From: Eledone cirrhosa
Taxonomy: Eukaryota
Reading direction: 5' to 3'
Length of the DNA: 64,000 nucleotides
NCBI GenBank assembly: GCA_964016885.1
Contig: OZ024741.1
Coordinates: 4,216,001-4,280,000 of the forward strand
Positions within the stretch are counted from its first letter, which is position 1, and each line of letters starts with the position of its first letter. The translations under genes were made by a program, and so were the position numbers. Below are positions 13,861-27,090 of this stretch, piece by piece. A model generated the notes under the pieces. The model was not told where the DNA came from and did not search any database. It worked only from the letters and a program-made list of their open reading frames with translations.

Positions 13861-16800
13861 GGACAATCAGAGATAGTTACTGTGATTGAAGAACTAGTAA
13901 CCTACTGTAGGACTATCAGAGATAGTTCCTGTGATGTAGGAACTAGTAACCTACTGTTGGACTATCAGAGATAGTTGGTGTGATGTAGGAACTAGTAACC
14001 TACTGTTGGACTATCAGAGATAGTTACTGTGATGTAGGAACTAGTAACCTACTGTAGGACTATCAGAGATAGTTACTGTGATGTAGGAACTAGTAACCTA
14101 CTGTTGGACTATCAGAGATAGTTGGTGATGTAGGAACTAGTAACCTACTGTAGGACTATCAGAGATAGTTACTATGGTGTAGGAACTAGTAACCTACTGT
14201 AGGACTGTCAGAGATAGTTGGTGTGATGTAGGAACTAGTAACCTACTGTTGGACTATCAGAGATAGTTGGTATGATGTAGGAACTAGTAACCTACTGTAG
14301 GACTATCAGAGATAGTTGGTGTGATGTAGGAACTAGTAACCTACTGTAGGCCTATCAGAGTTAGTTACTGTGATGTAGAAACTAGTAACCTACTGTTGGA
14401 CTATCAGAGATAGTTACTGTGATGTAGGAACTAGTAACCTACTGTTGGACTCTCAGAGATAGTTACTGTGATGTAGGAACTAATAACCTAATGTTGGACT
14501 ATCAGAGATAGTTACTGTGATGTAGGAACTAGTAACCTACTCTAGGACTATCAGAGATAGTTACTGTGATGTAGGAACTAGTAACCTACTGTAGGACTAT
14601 CAGAGATAGTTACTGTGATGTAAGAACTAGTAACCTACTGTAGGACTATCAGAGATAGTTACTGTGATGTAGGAACTAGTAACCTACTGTAGGAACTATC
14701 AGAGATAGTTGGTGTGATGAAGGAACTAGTAACCTACTGTAGGACTATCAGAGATAGTTGGTGTGATGTAGGAACTAGTAACCTACTGTAGGACTGTCAG
14801 AGATAGTTGGTGAGATGTAGGAACTAGTAACCTACTGTTGTAGTATCAGAGATAGTTACTGTGATGTAGGAACTAGTAACCTACTGTTGGACTATCAGAG
14901 ATAGTTGGTGTGATGAAGGAACTAGTAACCTACTGTTGGACAATCAGAGATAGTTGGTGTGATGTAGGAACTAGTAACCTAATGTAGGACTATCAGAGAT
15001 AGTTACTGTGATCTAAGAACTAGTAACCTACTGTAGGACTATCAGAGACAGTTACTGTGGTGTAGGAACTAGTAACCTACTGTTGGACTATCAGAGATAG
15101 TTGGTGTGACGTAGGAACTAGTAACCTACTGTAGGCCTATCAGAGTTAGTTACTGTGATGTAGGAACTAGTAACCTACTGTTGGACTATCAGAGATAGTT
15201 ACTGTGATGTAGGAACTAGTAACCTAATGTAGGACTATCAGAGATAGTTACTGTGATTGAAGAACTAGTAACTTACTGTAGGACTATCAGAGATAGTTAC
15301 TGTGATGTAGGAACTAGTAACCTACTGTTGGACTATCCGAGATAGTTGGTGTGACGTAGGAACTAGTAACCTACTGTAGGCTTATCAGAGTTAGTTACTG
15401 TGATGTAGGAACTAGTAATCTACTGTTGGACTATCAGAGATAGTTGGTGTGATGTAGGAACTAGTAACCTACTGTTGGACTATCAGAGATAGTTACTGTG
15501 ATGTAGGAACTAGTAACCTACTGTAGGACAATCAGAGATAATTACTCTGATGTAGGAACTAGTAACCAACTGTAGGACTATCAGAGATAGTTACTTTGAT
15601 GTAGGAACTAATAACCTAATGTTGGACTATCAGAGATAGTTACTGTGATGTAGGAACTAGTAACCTACTGTAGGACTATCAGAGATAGTTACTGTGATGT
15701 AGGAACTAGTAACCTACTGTAGGACAATCAGAGATAGTTACTGTGATTGAAGAACTAGTAACCTACTGTAGGACTATCAGAGATAGTTCCTGTGATGTAG
15801 GAACTAGTAACCTACTGTTGGACTATCAGAGATAGTTGGTGTGATGTAGGAACTAGTAACCTACTGTTGGACTATCAGAGATAGTTACTGTGATGTAGGA
15901 ACTAGTAACCTACTGTAGGACTATCAGAGATAGTTACTGTGATGTAGGAACTAGTAACCTACTGTTGGACTATCAGAGATAGTTGGTGATGTAGGAACTA
16001 GTAACCTACTGTAGGACTATCAGAGATAGTTACTATGGTGTAGGAACTAGTAACCTACTGTAGGACTGTCAGAGATAGTTGGTGTGATGTAGGAACTAGT
16101 AACCTACTGTTGGACTATCAGAGATAGTTGGTATGATGTTGGAACTAGTAACCTACTGTAGGACTATCAGAGATAGTTGGTGTGATGTAGGAACTAGTAA
16201 CCTACTGTAGGCCTATCAGAGTTAGTTACTGTGATGTAGAAACTAGTAACCTACTGTTGGACTATCAGAGATAGTTACTGTGATGTAGGAACTAGTAACC
16301 TACTGTTGGACTCTCAGAGATAGTTACTGTGATGTAGGAACTAATAACCTAATGTTGGACTATCAGAGATAGTTACTGTGATGTAGGAACTAGTAACCTA
16401 CTCTAGGACTATCAGAGATAGTTACTGTGATGTAGGAACTAGTAACCTACTGTAGGACTATCAGAGATAGTTACTGTGATGTAAGAACTAGTAACCTACT
16501 GTAGGACTATCAGAGATAGTTACTGTGATGTAGGAACTAGTAACCTACTGTAGGAACTATCAGAGATAGTTGGTGTGATGAAGGAACTAGTAACCTACTG
16601 TAGGACTATCAGAGATAGTTGGTGTGATGTAGGAACTAGTAACCTACTGTAGGACTGTCAGAGATAGTTGGTGAGATGTAGGAACTAGTAACCTACTGTT
16701 GTAGTATCAGAGATAGTTACTGTGATGTAGGAACTAGTAACCTACTGTTGGACTATCAGAGATAGTTGGTGTGATGAAGGAACTAGTAACCTACTGTTGG

Positions 16801-17390
16801 ACAATCAGAGATAGTTGGTGTGATGTAGGAACTAGTAACCTAATGTAGGACTATCAGAGATAGTTACTGTGATCTAAGAACTAGTAACCTACTGTAGGAC
16901 TATCAGAGACAGTTACTGTGGTGTAGGAACTAGTAACCTACTGTTGGACTATCAGAGATAGTTGGTGTGACGTAGGAACTAGTAACCTACTGTAGGCCTA
17001 TCAGAGTTAGTTACTGTGATGTAGGAACTAGTAACCTACTGTTGGACTATCAGAGATAGTTACTGTGATGTAGGAACTAGTAACCTAATGTAGGACTATC
17101 AGAGATAGTTACTGTGATTGAAGAACTAGTAACTTACTGTAGGACTATCAGAGATAGTTACTGTGATGTAGGAACTAGTAACCTACTGTTGGACTATCCG
17201 AGATAGTTGGTGTGACGTAGGAACTAGTAACCTACTGTAGGCTTATCAGAGTTAGTTACTGTGATGTAGGAACTAGTAATCTACTGTTGGACTATCAGAG
17301 ATAGTTGGTGTGATGTAGGAACTAGTAACCTACTGTTGGACTATCAGAGATAGTTACTGTGATGTAGGAACTAGTAACCTACTGTAGGAC
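13620..17390. repeat. Tandem duplication, 1861-bp (38-monomer) period
   Basis: AATTACTCTG at 13679/15540 and AGGAACTATC (50-bp monomer) at 14691/16552. ATCCGAGA and GGCTTATC are repeated at the same offset. Confidence 0.92.
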
Positions 17391-20300
17391 TATCAGAGAT
17401 AGTTACTGTGATGTAGGAACTAGTAACCTACTGTAGGACTATCAGAGATAGTTACTGGGATGTAAGAACTAGTAGCCTACTCTAGGACTATCAGAGATAG
17501 TTACTGTGATGTAGGAACTAGTAACCTACTGTTGGACTATCAGAGATAGTTGGTGTGATGAAGGAACTAGTAACCTACTGAAGGACTATCAGAGATAGTT
17601 GGTGTGATGTAGGAACTAGTAACCTACTGTAGGACTATCAGAGATAGTTACTGTGATGTAGGAACTAGTAACCTACTGTAGGACTGTCAGAGATAGTTGG
17701 TGTGATGTAGGAACTAGTAACCTACTGTAGGACTATCAGAGATAGTTACTGTGATGTAGGAACTAGTAACCTACTGTAGGACTGTCAGAGATAGTTGGTG
17801 TGATGTAGGAACTAGTAACCTACTGTAGGACATTCACAGATAGTTACTGTGATGTAGGAACTAACAACCTACTGTTGGACTATCAGAGATAGTTGGTGTG
17901 ATGTAGGAACTAGTAACCTACTGTTGGACTATCAGAGATAGTTGGTGTCATGTAGGAACTAGTAACCTACTGTAGGACTATCAGAGATAGTTGGCGTGAT
18001 GTAGGAACTAGTAACCTACCGTAGGACTATCAGAGATAGTTGGTGTGATGTAGGAACTAGTAACCTACTGTAGGACTATCACAGATAGTTACTGTGATGT
18101 AGGAACTAGAAACCTACTGTAGGACTATCAGAGATAGTTGGTGTGATGTAGGAACTATTAACCTACTGTAGGACTATCAGAGATAGTTGGTGTGATGTAG
18201 GAACTAGTAACCTACTGTAGGACTGTCAGAGATAGTTGGTGTGATGTAGGAACTAGTAACCTACTGTAGGACTGTCAGAGATAGTTGGTGTGATGTAGGA
18301 ACTAGTAACCTACTGTAGGACTATCAGAGATAGTTACTGTGATGTAGGAACTAGTAACCTACTGTAGGACTATCAGAGATAGTTGGTGTGATGTAGGAAC
18401 TAGTAACCTACTGTAGGACTGTCAGAGATAGTTGCTGTGATGTAGGAACTAGTAACCTACTGTAGGACTGTCAGAGATAGTTGGTGCGATGTAGGAACTA
18501 GTAACCTACTGTAGGACTATCAGAGATAGTTACTGTGATGTAGGAACTAGTAACCTACTGTAGGCCTATCAGAGATAGTTGGTGTGATGAAGGATCTAGT
18601 AACCTACTGTTGGACTATCAGAGAGAGTTACTGTGATGTAGGAACTAGTAACCTACTGTTGGACTATCAGAGATAGTTGGTGTGATGTAGAAACTAGTAA
18701 CCTACTGTAGGACTATCAGAGATAGTTGGTGTGATGTAGGAACTAGTAACCTACTGTAGGACTATCAGAGATAGTTGGTGTGATGTAGGAACTAGTAACC
18801 TACTGTAGGACTATCACAGATAGTTACTGTGATGTAGGAACTAGTAACCTACTGTAGGACTATCAGAGATAGTTGGTGTGATGTAGGAACTAGTAACCTA
18901 CTGTAGGACTGTCAGAGATAGTTGGTGTGATGTAGGAACTAGTAACCTACTGTTGGACTATCAGAGATAGTTGGTGTGATGTAGGAACTAGTAACCTATT
19001 GTTGTAGTATCAGAGATAGTTGGTGTGATGTAGGAACTAGTAACCTACTGTAGGACTGTCAGAGATAGTTGGTGAGATGTAGGAACTAGTAACCTACTGT
19101 TGTAGTATCAGAGATAGTTGGTGTGATGTAGGAACTAGTAACCTACTGTTGGACTATCAGAGACAGTTGGTGTGATGTAGGAACTAGTAACCTACTGTAG
19201 GACTATTAGAGATAGTTGGTGTAATGTAGGCACTAGCAACCTACTGTAGGACTATCAGAGATAGTTGGTGTGATGTAGAAACTAGTATCCTACTGTTGGA
19301 CTATCTGAGATTGTTACTGTGATGTAGGAACTAGTAACCTACCGTTGGACTATCACTGATAGTTGGTGTGTTGTAGGAACTAGTAACCTAGTGTAGGACT
19401 ATTAGAGATAGTTGGTGTGATGTAGCAACTAGTAACCTACTGTAGGACTATTAGAGATAGTTGGTGTGATGTAGGAACTAGTAACCTACTGTAGGAGTAT
19501 CAGAGATAGTTGGTGTGATGAAGGAACTAGTAACCTACCTTTGGACTATCAGAGATAGTCACTGTGATGTATGAACTTGTAACCTACTGTAGGACTATCA
19601 GAGATAGTTACTGTGATGTAGGAACTAGTAACCTACTGTTGGACTATCAGAGATAGTTACTGTGATGTAGGAACTAGTAACCTAGTGTAGGACTATCAGA
19701 GATAGTTACTGTGATGTAGGAACTAGTAACCTAGTGTAGGACTATCAGAGATAGTTACTGTGATGTAGAAACTAGTAACCTACTGTTGGACTATCAGAGA
19801 TAGTTGGTGTGATGTAGGAACTACCAACCTACTGTAGGACTATCAGAGATAGTTTCTGTGATGTTGGAACTAGTAACCTACTGTTGGACAATCAGAGATA
19901 ATTACTGTGATGTAGGAACTAGTAACCTACTGTTGGACTATCGGAGATAGTTAGTTTGACGTAGGAACTAGTAACCTACTGTTGGACTATCAGAGATAGT
20001 TGGTGATGTAGCAACTAGTAACCTACTGTAGGGCTATCAGAGATAGTTGCTATGATGTAGGAACTAGTAACCTACTGTTGGACTATCAGAGATAGTTGGT
20101 ATGATGTAGGAACTAGTAACCTACTGTAGGACTATCAGAGATAGTTGGTGTGATGTAGGAACTAGTAACCTACTGTAGGCCTATCAGAGTTAGTTACTGT
20201 GATGTAGAAACTATTAACCTACTCTAGGACTATCAGAGATAGTTACTGTGATGTAGGAACTAGTAACCAACTGTTGGACTATCAGAGATAGTTACTGTGA

Positions 20301-23300
20301 TGTAGGAACTAGTAACCTACTGTTGGACTATCAGAGATAGTTACTGTGATGTAGGAACTAGTAACCTACTGTTGGACTATCAGAGATAGTTACTGTGATG
20401 TAGGAACTAGTAACCTACTGTTGGACTATCAGAGATAGTTACTGTGATGTAGGAACTAGTAACCTACTGTTGGACTATCAGAGATAGTTACTGTGATGTA
20501 GGAACTAGTAACCTACTGTAGGACAATCAGAGATAATTACTCTGATGTAGGAACTAGTAACCAACTGTAGGACTATCAGAGATAGTTACTTTGATGTAGG
20601 AACTAATAACCTAATGTTGGACTATCAGAGATAGTTACTGTGATGTAGGAACTAGTAACCTACTGTAGGACTATCAGAGATAGTTACTGTGATGTAGGAA
20701 CTAGTAACCTACTGTAGGACAATCAGAGATAGTTACTGTGATTGAAGAACTAGTAACCTACTGTAGGACTATCAGAGATAGTTCCTGTGATGTAGGAACT
20801 AGTAACCTACTGTTGGACTATCAGAGATAGTTGGTGTGATGTAGGAACTAGTAACCTACTGTTGGACTATCAGAGATAGTTACTGTGATGTAGGAACTAG
20901 TAACCTACTGTAGGACTATCAGAGATAGTTACTGTGATGTAGGAACTAGTAACCTACTGTTGGACTATCAGAGATAGTTGGTGATGTAGGAACTAGTAAC
21001 CTACTGTAGGACTATCAGAGATAGTTACTATGGTGTAGGAACTAGTAACCTACTGTAGGACTGTCAGAGATAGTTGGTGTGATGTAGGAACTAGTAACCT
21101 ACTGTTGGACTATCAGAGATAGTTGGTATGATGTAGGAACTAGTAACCTACTGTAGGACTATCAGAGATAGTTGGTGTGATGTAGGAACTAGTAACCTAC
21201 TGTAGGCCTATCAGAGTTAGTTACTGTGATGTAGAAACTAGTAACCTACTGTTGGACTATCAGAGATAGTTACTGTGATGTAGGAACTAGTAACCTACTG
21301 TTGGACTCTCAGAGATAGTTACTGTGATGTAGGAACTAATAACCTAATGTTGGACTATCAGAGATAGTTACTGTGATGTAGGAACTAGTAACCTACTCTA
21401 GGACTATCAGAGATAGTTACTGTGATGTAGGAACTAGTAACCTACTGTAGGACTATCAGAGATAGTTACTGTGATGTAAGAACTAGTAACCTACTGTAGG
21501 ACTATCAGAGATAGTTACTGTGATGTAGGAACTAGTAACCTACTGTAGGAACTATCAGAGATAGTTGGTGTGATGAAGGAACTAGTAACCTACTGTAGGA
21601 CTATCAGAGATAGTTGGTGTGATGTAGGAACTAGTAACCTACTGTAGGACTGTCAGAGATAGTTGGTGAGATGTAGGAACTAGTAACCTACTGTTGTAGT
21701 ATCAGAGATAGGTACTGTGATGTAGGAACTAGTAACCTACTGTTGGACTATCAGAGATAGTTGGTGTGATGAAGGAACTAGTAACCTACTGTTGGACAAT
21801 CAGAGATAGTTGGTGTGATGTAGGAACTAGTAACCTAATGTAGGACTATCAGAGATAGTTACTGTGATCTAAGAACTAGTAACCTACTGTAGGACTATCA
21901 GAGACAGTTACTGTGGTGTAGGAACTAGTAACCTACTGTTGGACTATCAGAGATAGTTGGTGTGACGTAGGAACTAGTAACCTACTGTAGGCCTATCAGA
22001 GTTAGTTACTGTGATGTAGGAACTAGTAACCTACTGTTGGACTATCAGAGATAGTTACTGTGATGTAGGAACTAGTAACCTAATGTAGGACTATCAGAGA
22101 TAGTTACTGTGATTGAAGAACTAGTAACTTACTGTAGGACTATCAGAGATAGTTACTGTGATGTAGGAACTAGTAACCTACTGTTGGACTATCCGAGATA
22201 GTTGGTGTGACGTAGGAACTAGTAACCTACTGTAGGCTTATCAGAGTTAGTTACTGTGATGTAGGAACTAGTAATCTACTGTTGGACTATCAGAGATAGT
22301 TGGTGTGATGTAGGAACTAGTAACCTACTGTTGGACTATCAGAGATAGTTACTGTGATGTAGGAACTAGTAACCTACTGTAGGACTATCAGAGATAGTTA
22401 CTGTGATGTAGGAACTAGTAACCTACTGTAGGACTATCAGAGATAGTTACTGGGATGTAAGAACTAGTAGCCTACTCTAGGACTATCAGAGATAGTTACT
22501 GTGATGTAGGAACTAGTAACCTACTGTTGGACTATCAGAGATAGTTGGTGTGATGAAGGAACTAGTAACCTACTGAAGGACTATCAGAGATAGTTGGTGT
22601 GATGTAGGAACTAGTAACCTACTGTAGGACTATCAGAGATAGTTACTGTGATGTAGGAACTAGTAACCTACTGTAGGACTGTCAGAGATAGTTGGTGTGA
22701 TGTAGGAACTAGTAACCTACTGTAGGACTATCAGAGATAGTTACTGTGATGTAGGAACTAGTAACCTACTGTAGGACTGTCAGAGATAGTTGGTGTGATG
22801 TAGGAACTAGTAACCTACTGTAGGACATTCACAGATAGTTACTGTGATGTAGGAACTAACAACCTACTGTTGGACTATCAGAGATAGTTGGTGTGATGTA
22901 GGAACTAGTAACCTACTGTTGGACTATCAGAGATAGTTGGTGTCATGTAGGAACTAGTAACCTACTGTAGGACTATCAGAGATAGTTGGCGTGATGTAGG
23001 AACTAGTAACCTACCGTAGGACTATCAGAGATAGTTGGTGTGATGTAGGAACTAGTAACCTACTGTAGGACTATCACAGATAGTTACTGTGATGTAGGAA
23101 CTAGAAACCTACTGTAGGACTATCAGAGATAGTTGGTGTGATGTAGGAACTATTAACCTACTGTAGGACTATCAGAGATAGTTGGTGTGATGTAGGAACT
23201 AGTAACCTACTGTAGGACTGTCAGAGATAGTTGGTGTGATGTAGGAACTAGTAACCTACTGTAGGACTGTCAGAGATAGTTGGTGTGATGTAGGAACTAG

Positions 23301-25310
23301 TAACCTACTGTAGGACTATCAGAGATAGTTACTGTGATGTAGGAACTAGTAACCTACTGTAGGACTATCAGAGATAGTTGGTGTGATGTAGGAACTAGTA
23401 ACCTACTGTAGGACTGTCAGAGATAGTTGCTGTGATGTAGGAACTAGTAACCTACTGTAGGACTGTCAGAGATAGTTGGTGCGATGTAGGAACTAGTAAC
23501 CTACTGTAGGACTATCAGAGATAGTTACTGTGATGTAGGAACTAGTAACCTACTGTAGGCCTATCAGAGATAGTTGGTGTGATGAAGGATCTAGTAACCT
23601 ACTGTTGGACTATCAGAGAGAGTTACTGTGATGTAGGAACTAGTAACCTACTGTTGGACTATCAGAGATAGTTGGTGTGATGTAGAAACTAGTAACCTAC
23701 TGTAGGACTATCAGAGATAGTTGGTGTGATGTAGGAACTAGTAACCTACTGTAGGACTATCAGAGATAGTTGGTGTGATGTAGGAACTAGTAACCTACTG
23801 TAGGACTATCACAGATAGTTACTGTGATGTAGGAACTAGTAACCTACTGTAGGACTATCAGAGATAGTTGGTGTGATGTAGGAACTAGTAACCTACTGTA
23901 GGACTGTCAGAGATAGTTGGTGTGATGTAGGAACTAGTAACCTACTGTTGGACTATCAGAGATAGTTGGTGTGATGTAGGAACTAGTAACCTATTGTTGT
24001 AGTATCAGAGATAGTTGGTGTGATGTAGGAACTAGTAACCTACTGTAGGACTGTCAGAGATAGTTGGTGAGATGTAGGAACTAGTAACCTACTGTTGTAG
24101 TATCAGAGATAGTTGGTGTGATGTAGGAACTAGTAACCTACTGTTGGACTATCAGAGACAGTTGGTGTGATGTAGGAACTAGTAACCTACTGTAGGACTA
24201 TTAGAGATAGTTGGTGTAATGTAGGCACTAGCAACCTACTGTAGGACTATCAGAGATAGTTGGTGTGATGTAGAAACTAGTATCCTACTGTTGGACTATC
24301 TGAGATTGTTACTGTGATGTAGGAACTAGTAACCTACCGTTGGACTATCACTGATAGTTGGTGTGTTGTAGGAACTAGTAACCTAGTGTAGGACTATTAG
24401 AGATAGTTGGTGTGATGTAGCAACTAGTAACCTACTGTAGGACTATTAGAGATAGTTGGTGTGATGTAGGAACTAGTAACCTACTGTAGGAGTATCAGAG
24501 ATAGTTGGTGTGATGAAGGAACTAGTAACCTACCTTTGGACTATCAGAGATAGTCACTGTGATGTATGAACTTGTAACCTACTGTAGGACTATCAGAGAT
24601 AGTTACTGTGATGTAGGAACTAGTAACCTACTGTTGGACTATCAGAGATAGTTACTGTGATGTAGGAACTAGTAACCTAGTGTAGGACTATCAGAGATAG
24701 TTACTGTGATGTAGGAACTAGTAACCTAGTGTAGGACTATCAGAGATAGTTACTGTGATGTAGAAACTAGTAACCTACTGTTGGACTATCAGAGATAGTT
24801 GGTGTGATGTAGGAACTACCAACCTACTGTAGGACTATCAGAGATAGTTTCTGTGATGTTGGAACTAGTAACCTACTGTTGGACAATCAGAGATAATTAC
24901 TGTGATGTAGGAACTAGTAACCTACTGTTGGACTATCGGAGATAGTTAGTTTGACGTAGGAACTAGTAACCTACTGTTGGACTATCAGAGATAGTTGGTG
25001 ATGTAGCAACTAGTAACCTACTGTAGGGCTATCAGAGATAGTTGCTATGATGTAGGAACTAGTAACCTACTGTTGGACTATCAGAGATAGTTGGTATGAT
25101 GTAGGAACTAGTAACCTACTGTAGGACTATCAGAGATAGTTGGTGTGATGTAGGAACTAGTAACCTACTGTAGGCCTATCAGAGTTAGTTACTGTGATGT
25201 AGAAACTATTAACCTACTCTAGGACTATCAGAGATAGTTACTGTGATGTAGGAACTAGTAACCAACTGTTGGACTATCAGAGATAGTTACTGTGATGTAG
25301 GAACTAGTAA
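15480..25310. repeat. Near-identical tandem duplication, 4995-bp (102-monomer) period
   Basis: AATTACTCTG 15540/20535, CATTCACAGA 17831/22826, CTACCAACCT 19821/24816 and ACCAACTGTT 20266/25261 are all offset by 4995. The match ends near 25320. Confidence 0.95.
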
Positions 25311-26299
25311 CCTACTGTACGACTATCAGAGATAGTTACTGTGATGTAGGAACTAGTAACCTACTCTAGGTCTATCAGAGATAGTTACTGTGATGTAGGA
25401 ACTAGTAACCTACTGTAGGACTATCAGAGATAGTTACTGTGATGTAAGAACTAGTAACCTACTGTAGGACTATCAGAGATAGTTACTGTGATGTAGGAAC
25501 TAGTAACCTACTGTTGGACTATCAGAGATAGTTGGTGTTATGAAGGAAGTAGTAACCTACTGTTGGACAATCAGAGATAGTTACTGTGATGAAGGAACCA
25601 GTAACCTACTGTTGGACAATCAGAGATAGTTGGTGTGATGAAGGAACTAGTAACCTACTGTTGGACAATCAGAGATAGTTGGTGTGATGTAGGAACTATT
25701 AACCTAATGTAGGACTATAAGAGATAGTGACTGTGATCTCAGAACTAGTAATCTACTGTAGGACTATCAGAGATAGTTGGTGTGACGTAGGAACTACTAA
25801 CCTACTGTAGGCGTATCAGAGTTAGTTACTGTGATGTAGGAACTAGTAACCTACTGTTGGACTATCAGAGATAGTTGGTGTGATGTAGGAACTGGTAACC
25901 TAATGTAGGACTATCAGAGATAGTTACTGTGATCGAAGAACTAGTAATCTACTGTAGGACTATCAGAGATAGTTACTGTGATGTAGGAACTAGTAACCTA
26001 CAGTTGGACTATCAGAGATAGTTGGTGTGATGTAGGAACTAGTAACCTTCTGTAGAACTATCAGAGATAGTTTCTTATGATGTAGGAACTAATAACCTAC
26101 TGTTGGACTATCAGAGATAGTTGGTGTGATGTAGGAACTAGTAACCTACTGTAGGACTATCAGAGATAGTTGGTGTAATGTAGGAACTAGTAACCTACTG
26201 TAGGACTGTCAGAGATAGTTGGTGTGATGTAGGAACTAGTAACCTACTGTAGGACTATCAGAGATAGTTGGTGTGATGTAGGAACTAGTAACATACTGT

Positions 26300-27090
26300 A
26301 GGACTATCAGAGATAGTTACTGTGATGTAGGAACTAGTAACCTACTGTAGGACTATCAGAGATAGTTACTGTGATGTAGGAACTAGTAACCTACTGTTGG
26401 ACTATCAGAGATAGTTGGTGTGATGTAGGAACTAGTAACCTACTGTTGGACTATCAGAGATAGTTGGTGTGATGTAGGAACTAGTAACCTACTGTTGGAC
26501 TATCACACATAGTTGGTGTGATCTAGGAACTAGTAACCTACTGTTGGACTATCAGAGATAGTTGGTGTGATGTAGGAACTAGTAACCTACTGTAGGACTG
26601 TCAGAGATAGTTGGTGAGATGTAGGAACTAGTAACCTACTGTTGTAGTATCAGAGATAGTTACTGTGATGTAGGAACTAGTAACCTACTGTTGGACTATC
26701 AGAGATAGTTACTGTGATGTAGGAACTAGTAACCTACTGTAGGACTATCAGAGATAGTTACTGTGATGTAGGAACTAGTAACCTACTGTTGGACTATCAG
26801 AGATAGTTGGTGTGATGTAGGAACTAGTAACCTACTGTTGGACTATCAGAGATAGTTGGTGTGATGTAGGAACTAGTAACCTACTGTTGGACTATCACAC
26901 ATAGTTGGTGTGATCTAGGAACTAGTAACCTACTGTTGGACTATCAGAGATAGTTGGTGTGATGTAGGAACTAGTAACCTACTGTAGGACTGTCAGAGAT
27001 AGTTGGTGAGATGTAGGAACTAGTAACCTACTGTTGTAGTATCAGAGATAGTTACTGTGATGTAGGAACTAGTAACCTACTGTTGGACTA
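26300..27090. repeat. Local tandem duplication, 392-bp (8-monomer) period
   Basis: TATCACACAT at 26501/26893, followed by the same GATCTAGG, GGTGAGAT and TTGTAGTATC variants. Confidence 0.88.
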
